Shown here one piece after another: positions 26,721 to 33,811 of a DNA stretch of 33,811 nucleotides. The translations under genes were made by a program, and so were the position numbers. How positions within the stretch are numbered: position 1 is the stretch's first letter; every line of letters starts with the position of its first letter. Below the pieces are notes generated by a model, which ran no database searches, was not told where the DNA came from, and worked only from the letters and a program-made list of their open reading frames with translations. Source of the stretch: Thermotogaceae bacterium (lineage in GTDB: Bacteria; Thermotogota; Thermotogae; B21-G9; HyVt-16); NCBI GenBank assembly GCA_011043375.1, contig DQYP01000102.1:1-33811 (forward strand). The letters are read 5' to 3'.

Positions 26721-27599
26721 ATGGCAAAAGTCCTGAGGTTCTTCTTTATTTCCACCATTATTTTCGCCACCCTCTTTTTCATCTTTTTCAACCTTTATTT
26801 TAAAGCGCAATTATCGGGACTCCCCAAAAGAATTAAAGATTTGGAACTAAGACTTCAAGAATCCGAATCGAAGAATTCCGATCTTCTACAAGAGTTGACC
26901 CTCAAAGAATCCGAATTGAGTGATTTAAAACACAAATATGAAGAAAGAATTTCGAGACTTGAGAATGTTTTAAAAGCCAAAGAAAAGGAGATAGAGCAGC
27001 TGAATTCACAGATGGAAGCCTTGAATAAGAAAGTCGGAAAGTCTGAAAGTGTTCCCTGTCCAAACAATGATTATTTAAATCTGATACTTGGTGATGTTGA
27101 ACTCTCAAAAGGAAAATTTGTGAAGAGTGCCGAATTTTTCGAAAAAGTTGATATTAGTGATATCGATCTTGGCGGTCTCAAAGGTTACTACGAAAAACGC
27201 AAAGAACGTTCATTTGAGAAAGCAGGGAGAGAACTTTATTTACAAGGATTGAAGGCATTCGAATCAAAAAAATATCGAGAGGCTATAAACTACTTTTTAA
27301 AAAGCTTGAAATATTCCAACAAGGAGATTTATTACTTCGATGATTTGCTGTATTATCTTGGACTCGCTTATTTTAGAATAGACAACTACATAGAGAGTCT
27401 TTCTTTTTTCAAGAAGCTGCTTCATACCTATCAATTCTCTGATTACACAGATGAAAGCCTTTTGAAAGTTGCTCAGATATATGAAAAACTCGGTGATCTC
27501 GAAGATGCCCTATTCTATTATAAACTTTTGAAATCGTATGGGTATTCGAAAATTGCAGACAAAAAAATAGAAGAAATACAAAAACGAATGCAGAGGTGA
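26721..27599 (+). CDS. Membrane-anchored coiled-coil plus TPR protein (CpoB/YbgF-like architecture)
   Basis: N-terminal TM helix (FFFISTIIFATLFFIFFNLYF), then a heptad-rich segment (LQESESKNSDLLQELTLKESELSDLKHKYEERISRLENVLKAKEKEIEQLNSQMEALNKK), then TPR-like repeats (YREAINYFLKSL, YYLGLAYFRIDNY, AQIYEKLGDLEDALFYY). Confidence 0.75.
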   Translation: MAKVLRFFFISTIIFATLFFIFFNLYFKAQLSGLPKRIKDLELRLQESESKNSDLLQELTLKESELSDLKHKYEERISRLENVLKAKEKEIEQLNSQMEALNKKVGKSESVPCPNNDYLNLILGDVELSKGKFVKSAEFFEKVDISDIDLGGLKGYYEKRKERSFEKAGRELYLQGLKAFESKKYREAINYFLKSLKYSNKEIYYFDDLLYYLGLAYFRIDNYIESLSFFKKLLHTYQFSDYTDESLLKVAQIYEKLGDLEDALFYYKLLKSYGYSKIADKKIEEIQKRMQR

Positions 27600-27605
27600 T
27601 CCAAT

Positions 27606-28928
27606 TTGAGAAGACTATTCGGAACAGATGGCTTCAGGGGAATAGCAAACGAAGAACTCACTGCTTTTAAGGCTTTGAAACTCGGTTATGCCATCGCTCA
27701 AGCTTTCAATCAAACTGAAAAACCGATATTGATTGCTCGAGATACGAGAATCTCAGGAGAGATGTTGGAACATGCAATTGCATCGGGTATTTCAAGCGCT
27801 GGAAAAGACGTGATTCTATGTGGTATCGTCCCTACACCAGCACTCGCCATTTTGAGCAAGTTAAAAGGTGAGATTGGGGTAATGATATCCGCTTCACATA
27901 ATCCACCTGAATACAACGGTATAAAGGTGATCTACAAGGGTCAAAAACTTCCAGATAAAATAGAGGAAAAAATAGAAGAGATCTATTTCAACGTCAATCC
28001 TAAATTTGAACCATGGTCGATAGGAAAAATCAGAAGAGATGAGAATTTGAAAGAAGAGTACGTGAAGTATATCTTAAAAAACGTCGCTAGTGAAATAGAT
28101 TTAAATGGATTGAAAATACTCGTGGACCTCGCCAACGGTGCTGCTATTTCAACAGTGCCAGAAGTTTTAAAAGCGCTCGGTGCGAGTGTCGATAGAATAT
28201 CAGGTGAATTGGATGGTACTAAAATAAATGTTGGATGTGGTTCAACCAATCCTGAATACATGTTATCGAAAATTGGAAAAGATCATGATGTTGCAGCGAG
28301 TTTCGATGGTGATGCAGATCGTTGTATAATGGCTAAAAATGATTTCATTATAGATGGGGATTTCATTATGGCTATAAATTCCATCTACATGAAGAAATTG
28401 GGAAAGCTCAAGAACAACACATTGATAACAACTGTTATGAGTAACTTTGGAATGGAAAGATTTTTGAATGATAAAAATATAAAAGTAATTAGAACCAAAG
28501 TCGGTGATAGGTACGTTCTCGAAAGGATGTTAGAAGGTAACCACAATTTAGGTGGTGAACAATCTGGTCATGTAATTTTTTTAGATTACTCACCAACCGG
28601 AGATGGGCTGATAACGCTTTTAAGGACTTTAAAAGTGTTTATGGATGAACAGAAGATATTCAATGATGTTCTAAAGAACATGGAAAAATTACCCCAATTT
28701 TTGGAGAATGTACACGTAGAAGATAAAGAAAAGGTTATGAAATCATCCGAGTTGTTGAAAAGAATAGATAACGCTCGAAAACGTTTGAGAGATATTGGAA
28801 GAGTGGTTGTTAGACCTTCGGGAACCGAGAAATTGATAAGAATCATGGTTGAATGTGAAAACGAAGATCTGGCGAGAGAAATCATAGATTACCTCAAGGA
28901 GGCGATAATAAATTTCAAAGAACAGTGA
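27606..28928 (+). CDS. glmM: Phosphoglucosamine mutase
   Basis: LFGTDGFRG at the N-terminus, active-site [14 protein letters not shown], metal-binding FDGDADR, and GGEQSGH. TTG start lies 7 nt after GAGGTG. Confidence 0.95.
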   Translation: MRRLFGTDGFRGIANEELTAFKALKLGYAIAQAFNQTEKPILIARDTRISGEMLEHAIASGISSAGKDVILCGIVPTPALAILSKLKGEIGVMISASHNPPEYNGIKVIYKGQKLPDKIEEKIEEIYFNVNPKFEPWSIGKIRRDENLKEEYVKYILKNVASEIDLNGLKILVDLANGAAISTVPEVLKALGASVDRISGELDGTKINVGCGSTNPEYMLSKIGKDHDVAASFDGDADRCIMAKNDFIIDGDFIMAINSIYMKKLGKLKNNTLITTVMSNFGMERFLNDKNIKVIRTKVGDRYVLERMLEGNHNLGGEQSGHVIFLDYSPTGDGLITLLRTLKVFMDEQKIFNDVLKNMEKLPQFLENVHVEDKEKVMKSSELLKRIDNARKRLRDIGRVVVRPSGTEKLIRIMVECENEDLAREIIDYLKEAIINFKEQ

Positions 28929-31773
28929 TTTCATACACATCAAAGGTGCACGAGTTCACAATTTGAAGAACATAAATCTGAAAATCCCACGAAATAAGTT
29001 GATCGTCATTACAGGCTTATCTGGTTCTGGAAAGTCCTCATTGGCTTTCGATACGATATACGCTGAAGGTCAAAGAAGATATCTTGAATCGCTTTCGTCG
29101 TATGCTCGGCAATTTCTGGGTGAACTGAAAAAACCCGATGTAGAAGAAATAACCGGGCTTTCACCTGCAATAGCCATCCAGCAGAAAACCGTTTCACACA
29201 ATCCAAGATCAACAGTTGGCACCGTTACTGAGATATACGATTACCTCAGATTGCTATACGCAAGAATAGGCAAAGCACATTGTCCCAATTGTGGTAGGCC
29301 ACTCCAAAAACAGAGCATAGATGAAATCATTCAAAATATCTCCTCGAATTTTTCCGAAAATTCAAGAATATACGTTTTCGCTCCCCTCGTGTTTGAAAAA
29401 AAAGGAGAGTTCAAGAAAGAACTATCGCATCTTAGATCCAAAGGATATCTGAGGGTAGAAATTGATGGCAACCTATTTTCACTCGAAGACGACGATATCT
29501 CTCTCGATAAAAATGTTAGACATACGATAAAGTTGCTCATCGACAGGATGAAGTTGACGAAAGAAAACCTTTACAGATTAACCGATGCTGTTGAAATTGC
29601 ATTGAAAGAGACCAGCGGTTTAGTCGAGATAAGGGACATTGAAGATGAAAAGTCCGAACTGTTCAGTGAAAAACTATCTTGTCCGATCTGTGGGATTAAT
29701 CTTCCAGAAATAACTCCAAAACTTTTCTCCTTTAACAGTCCCTATGGAGCTTGTCCGAAATGCTCGGGTCTTGGTTTTACAATGGAGTTCTCACCCGATC
29801 TCATGATAAACGAGGAATTGTCGATAAAAGAGGGAGCAATAATACCATACCGCGGTGTCGACAATTACACCTTTCAAATGATAAAAACGGTGGTCGAACA
29901 TTATGGTGGTTCTGTTGATGTACCTTTCAAGAGTTTACCACCGAAGGTCAAAAATGTTATCCTTTATGGAACCACTGAAAAAATAAAGAGAAGATATGAA
30001 TTCGAAAATGGCAGTTACGAAGTGAGCAAGCCTTTCGAAGGAGTTGTTAATAACATAATAAGGAGATACAGAGAGACTCAAAGCGAGGATGTAAAGCGTT
30101 GGATAGAAAATAATTTCGTGATAAAAAAGACCTGTACCGAGTGTAATGGGAAACGATTGCGGAAGGAAGCACTGGCAGTGAAAGTTGGGGATTTAGATAT
30201 AGCTCAATTGACACAGCTCACTGTTAAGGATGCCTATCAATTCATTGAATCTTTGAAACTCACTGAAAAAGAGCAAAGAATAGTATCAGAAGTGTTGAAA
30301 GAGATTAAAAGGAGATTGAAATTTCTGATAGATGTTGGATTGGATTATTTGACACTATCGAGAAACGCCTCCACACTTTCTGGAGGGGAATCTCAAAGGA
30401 TCAGGTTGGCAACACAAATAGGTTCAAAACTGGTCGGAGTATTGTACGTCCTTGATGAACCTACCATAGGACTTCATCAAAGAGATAACACGAGGTTGAT
30501 AAACACATTGAAAGAATTGAGAGATCTTGGGAACACTGTCATAGTTGTTGAGCATGACAAACAAGTTATAGAGAATGCTGATTATATTGTTGATATCGGT
30601 CCTGGTGGGGGAGTGAATGGTGGGAAAGTAGTTTATTCCGGTGATGTTAGGAGTCTCGTTGAAGATCCAAAGGATTCTTTGACAGGTATGTACTTGAAAG
30701 GCATCAAGCAGATCCCATTGAGAGAAGATCGTAGAAAAGGTAACGGCAAATTTTTGACGATAAAAGGTGTGAAACACAACAATCTAAAAAATATAACAGT
30801 CAAATTTCCGCTTGGTACTTTGATATGTGTCACAGGTGTCTCTGGTTCTGGGAAATCTTCATTGATAACGGAAACACTCTATCCAGCTTTGAAGAATCAT
30901 TTTTATAGAACACATTTACCAGTTGGCAAGTTCAAGAAGATAGAGGGTCTTGAAAACATTGACAAGGTCATAGCCATCGATCAATCCCCCATTGGTAGAA
31001 CACCTCGCTCGAATCCTGCAACATACACGAAAGTTTTCGATCACATAAGAGAACTATTCGCTATGACTCCTGAAGCAAGGGCACGAGGTTACAAGAAGGG
31101 AAGATTCAGTTTCAATGTAAAGGGTGGAAGATGTGAAGCGTGCCAAGGTCAAGGAACAATAAAGATAGAGATGCACTTTTTACCAGATGTGTATGTGGAA
31201 TGCGACGTGTGTAAAGGGAAGAGATACAACAAAGAAACCCTTGAGGTCAAATACAAAGGCAAGAGTATAGCGGATGTACTTGACATGACGGTGGATGAGG
31301 CCTCGGAGTTTTTCAAAAATATAGGTGCAATAAGTCATATACTCAAACTCCTTCAAGATGTGGGGCTCGGTTACATAAAACTTGGACAGCCAGCTACAAC
31401 TTTATCTGGTGGTGAAGCTCAGAGAATAAAATTGACATCAGAACTTAGGAAAGTTGCAACTGGCAACACTCTTTACATACTCGATGAACCAACAACTGGA
31501 TTGCACTTTGAGGATGTTAAAAAATTGCTTGACGTTCTTAACAGACTGGTCGATAAGGGGAACACTGTGATAGTAATTGAGCACAATTTGGATGTAATAA
31601 AAAATGCCGATTATATTATTGATCTCGGGCCCGAAGGAGGCGATAACGGCGGCGAAATCGTTGTATCAGGAACTCCCGAGGAGGTTTCGAATTGCGAAAA
31701 ATCTTATACAGGCAAATACTTGAAGGAGCTTTTAGAACAGGAATTGAATTTTTCTCTGGAGAGGGGTGAATGA
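28912..31773 (+). CDS. uvrA: Excinuclease ABC subunit A
   Basis: Two ABC modules ([23 protein letters not shown] and [10 protein letters not shown]; signatures [12 protein letters not shown] and [12 protein letters not shown]). Zn modules at CPNCG, CPICG...CPKCSG, CTECNG and CEACQGQG...CDVCKGKRY. The 5' end is extended from the ORF-track TTG 28963 to ATT 28912 because the in-frame upstream codons encode the conserved [12 protein letters not shown] segment and AAGGAGG sits 9 nt upstream. The exact start codon is uncertain. Confidence 0.95.
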   Translation: MSKNSDFIHIKGARVHNLKNINLKIPRNKLIVITGLSGSGKSSLAFDTIYAEGQRRYLESLSSYARQFLGELKKPDVEEITGLSPAIAIQQKTVSHNPRSTVGTVTEIYDYLRLLYARIGKAHCPNCGRPLQKQSIDEIIQNISSNFSENSRIYVFAPLVFEKKGEFKKELSHLRSKGYLRVEIDGNLFSLEDDDISLDKNVRHTIKLLIDRMKLTKENLYRLTDAVEIALKETSGLVEIRDIEDEKSELFSEKLSCPICGINLPEITPKLFSFNSPYGACPKCSGLGFTMEFSPDLMINEELSIKEGAIIPYRGVDNYTFQMIKTVVEHYGGSVDVPFKSLPPKVKNVILYGTTEKIKRRYEFENGSYEVSKPFEGVVNNIIRRYRETQSEDVKRWIENNFVIKKTCTECNGKRLRKEALAVKVGDLDIAQLTQLTVKDAYQFIESLKLTEKEQRIVSEVLKEIKRRLKFLIDVGLDYLTLSRNASTLSGGESQRIRLATQIGSKLVGVLYVLDEPTIGLHQRDNTRLINTLKELRDLGNTVIVVEHDKQVIENADYIVDIGPGGGVNGGKVVYSGDVRSLVEDPKDSLTGMYLKGIKQIPLREDRRKGNGKFLTIKGVKHNNLKNITVKFPLGTLICVTGVSGSGKSSLITETLYPALKNHFYRTHLPVGKFKKIEGLENIDKVIAIDQSPIGRTPRSNPATYTKVFDHIRELFAMTPEARARGYKKGRFSFNVKGGRCEACQGQGTIKIEMHFLPDVYVECDVCKGKRYNKETLEVKYKGKSIADVLDMTVDEASEFFKNIGAISHILKLLQDVGLGYIKLGQPATTLSGGEAQRIKLTSELRKVATGNTLYILDEPTTGLHFEDVKKLLDVLNRLVDKGNTVIVIEHNLDVIKNADYIIDLGPEGGDNGGEIVVSGTPEEVSNCEKSYTGKYLKELLEQELNFSLERGE

Positions 31774-33479
31774 ATAATATGAGTGTTGACGATGAAACAA
31801 CATTATCCCAGCTTTTGAAAAAAGACAAGATAAAGTTGCATTTTCTTGAAAATGATGAAGAGCATATAGTTCCTTATCTGACAAAACTGGATCAATTCGT
31901 GGAGAAATATTCCGAATATCATAAGGGTCCAATACTCGCTGCAAGACTCAACAACAGTATATGGGAGCTTTCAAGGCCTGTGGAATGGGATGGAGAAGTT
32001 AGATTCATAGATTTAAGCGAACTCGATGGTTTGAGAATATACCAGAGAAGTTTGGTATTGTTGAGCAGTATAGCCATAAAAAGGTTGTTCGGTGAAAACA
32101 AAAAAATGGTGGTTTACCATTCAATTGGGAGAAATCTTTACTGTGAAGTGCCTGGAATGAAAATTACCGATGACACGATACAAAAAATAAAATCTGAGAT
32201 CAGAAAACTTGTGAATATGGATCTACCGATAGAAAAGATAACAGTTGAAAAGAACAAAGCAATGAAGTTCTTCGAGTCCCGTGGAGAATGTGATAAAGCA
32301 AAGCTTTTCAAATACAGAAAAAAAAAGACGGTAAAACTTTACAAACTTTTAGACTATATTGTGTATTTTTATGGATATGTGGTACCGCGGACTTCTCTCA
32401 TCAAGGTCTTCGATATAAAAAAATACAACAAGGGGTTCGTCTTGGTACATCCGGATCCTCAATACCCGGATAGGACCACTGAATTTTTTGAGATCCCTAA
32501 GTTAACATCTATATTTTTGGAGTATGAAAAATGGGCGGAAATAATGGGTGTAAAAAACGTTGGTGATATAAATCAGATGATAGTAGATAAAAAAATAAGG
32601 GATCTGATAAACGTTGCCGAAGCACTTCATGAGAAGAAAATAGCATTGATCGCAGAACAGTTTATGAATTCCAAAGCGCGGATAATACTCATAGCGGGAC
32701 CATCTTCTTCTGGAAAAACGACCTTTTCGAAGAGACTAACATTGCAATTGAGAGCGAATGGCTTGAAACCTGTTGCCATATCGCTGGATGATTATTTTGT
32801 TGATAGAGATAAGACACCATTAGATGAAAATGGGAAACCAGATTTTGAATCGATTCATGCTCTTGATTTGGAACTTTTCAATCAAAATTTGTTGGGACTT
32901 TTAGAAGGTAAAGAAGTGGAGATACCAAAATTCGACTTCAAATCCGGGAGACGAGTATGGACGGGTAGAAAATTGAAAATATCGACAAATCAACCGTTAG
33001 TAATAGAAGGAATACATGGTTTGAATGAACTTTTAACGGAGAGTATACCAAGAGAGTTGAAATTCAAAGTGTATGTCAGCGCCCTTACACAATTGAACAT
33101 AGACGATCTGAACAGGATACCAACAACCGATACCAGGATAATACGAAGAATGGTGAGAGATGAAAAATTCAGAGGTCATTCGGCTTTGGATACACTTAGA
33201 ATGTGGCCAAATGTTAGAAAAGGTGAGGAAAAATATATTTTCCCATTTCAAGAAGAAGCTGATGTAATGTTCAACTCAGCTTTGGTGTATGAACTCGCTG
33301 TGTTGAAATTGTTTGCTGAACCTTTGCTTGTCCAAGTGAACAATTCGGAACCGGAGTTTTCTGAAGCGATGAGGTTGTTGAAGTTTCTCGACTACTTTTT
33401 ATCGATAACCAATCTTGAGGACATCCCAAGAACCTCTATTCTCAGGGAATTCATTGGAATGAGTGTGTTCAAATATTGA
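31770..33479 (+). CDS. ThrRS-N/TGS-like domain fused to a uridine-kinase/phosphoribulokinase-family P-loop kinase
   Basis: The N-terminal ~280 aa resemble the threonyl-tRNA synthetase N-terminal region ([17 protein letters not shown]...[10 protein letters not shown]). The C-terminal half has P-loop [18 protein letters not shown], and [10 protein letters not shown]-like Udk/PRK motifs. ATG 31770 overlaps the uvrA stop (ATGA). ATG 31779 is an alternative start. Confidence 0.85.
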   Translation: MNNMSVDDETTLSQLLKKDKIKLHFLENDEEHIVPYLTKLDQFVEKYSEYHKGPILAARLNNSIWELSRPVEWDGEVRFIDLSELDGLRIYQRSLVLLSSIAIKRLFGENKKMVVYHSIGRNLYCEVPGMKITDDTIQKIKSEIRKLVNMDLPIEKITVEKNKAMKFFESRGECDKAKLFKYRKKKTVKLYKLLDYIVYFYGYVVPRTSLIKVFDIKKYNKGFVLVHPDPQYPDRTTEFFEIPKLTSIFLEYEKWAEIMGVKNVGDINQMIVDKKIRDLINVAEALHEKKIALIAEQFMNSKARIILIAGPSSSGKTTFSKRLTLQLRANGLKPVAISLDDYFVDRDKTPLDENGKPDFESIHALDLELFNQNLLGLLEGKEVEIPKFDFKSGRRVWTGRKLKISTNQPLVIEGIHGLNELLTESIPRELKFKVYVSALTQLNIDDLNRIPTTDTRIIRRMVRDEKFRGHSALDTLRMWPNVRKGEEKYIFPFQEEADVMFNSALVYELAVLKLFAEPLLVQVNNSEPEFSEAMRLLKFLDYFLSITNLEDIPRTSILREFIGMSVFKY

Positions 33480-33504
33480 AAAAAATATCGAGTGGAGGGA
33501 AGAA

Positions 33505-33811
33505 ATGAAAAGATTCCCAGTACTTTTCTCTGTATTGTTAATCTCAATTTCCGTTCTCTTAGGCATGGAGATTAAGATAGGTCTTTCACAAAATGGTGGG
33601 CCATTTAAAAATATCAAAAGGCTTTTGATTGAATCGAATAATCTTTCAATAAACGATGAAGTAAAACTGTACAATAGCATCGAGATAAAGTTTTCAAAAG
33701 GAAAATTACTGGTATTGCAAAACAAAAGGACTGTTTATGAGGGAATTTATTTGAAAGTATCAACTGATTCCGGCATTATGAAACTCAAGAGACTCGACAA
33801 CAACCTAACAA
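33505..33811 (+). CDS. Secreted protein, 5' part only (runs off the window); possibly SpoIID/LytB-like
   Basis: GGAGGG lies 5 nt before ATG 33505, and the frame stays open for 102 codons to the window end. It is absent from the ORF track because it has no stop codon. The N-terminal signal is FPVLFSVLLISISVLLG. The family assignment is a weak guess. Confidence 0.55.
   Translation, partial: MKRFPVLFSVLLISISVLLGMEIKIGLSQNGGPFKNIKRLLIESNNLSINDEVKLYNSIEIKFSKGKLLVLQNKRTVYEGIYLKVSTDSGIMKLKRLDNNLT

Noticed and set aside
28963-31773. TTG 28963 as the UvrA start, as given by the ORF track
   Set aside because: It removes the conserved IKGARVHNL segment, which is plainly encoded in-frame just upstream. 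It also has no SD of its own, whereas AAGGAGG precedes ATT 28912.

Overview
This is an AT-rich, tightly packed bacterial chromosome segment. The proteins are K/E/I-rich and the gene content looks Thermotogota-like (Fervidobacterium/Thermosipho type), but that taxon is my guess and is not verified.

The window is almost entirely core genes in three strand blocks.

(1) Plus-strand block, 159-12202:
- an orphan MoxR AAA+ ATPase
- a promoter / 34-codon leader ORF / intrinsic terminator module
- a five-gene Dpp/Opp-type ABC importer plus an M20 amidohydrolase
- rsmA
- a PAS-PAS sigma54-type enhancer-binding protein
- a consensus promoter driving tRNA-Val(CAC) and tRNA-Lys(CTT)
- a structured leader followed by infC-rpmI-rplT

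(2) Minus-strand block, 12274-23894, with 11 head-to-tail genes: ABC-F ATPase, RNase R, HAD hydrolase, 2-hydroxyacid dehydrogenase, VOC/glyoxalase-fold protein, Obg, NadD, Dus, a BioB-like radical SAM enzyme, CoaE and an orphan sugar-type solute-binding protein.

(3) Plus-strand block, 23963-33811: M50 protease, HD-GYP protein, secreted tandem-HKD PLD-like protein, membrane-anchored coiled-coil/TPR protein, glmM, uvrA, a TGS-like/uridine-kinase-like fusion protein, and a truncated secreted protein at the window edge.

I found no CRISPR array, rRNA, transposase, integrase or phage genes, and no convincing accessory island or defence locus.

The observations most worth follow-up are:
- an attenuator-like leader in front of the ABC importer
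- a uvrA whose conserved N-terminus can only be encoded from a non-canonical ATT/ATA/ATC start that overlaps glmM
- a probable AUU-initiated infC behind a tRNA-linked terminator-containing leader
- an M50 / HD-GYP / PLD / TPR envelope-looking gene string. This is the best, still weak, candidate for an undescribed functional module.
- several poorly characterised enzymes: the BioB-like radical SAM protein, the TGS-Udk fusion, and the sigma54-type activator with no visible target
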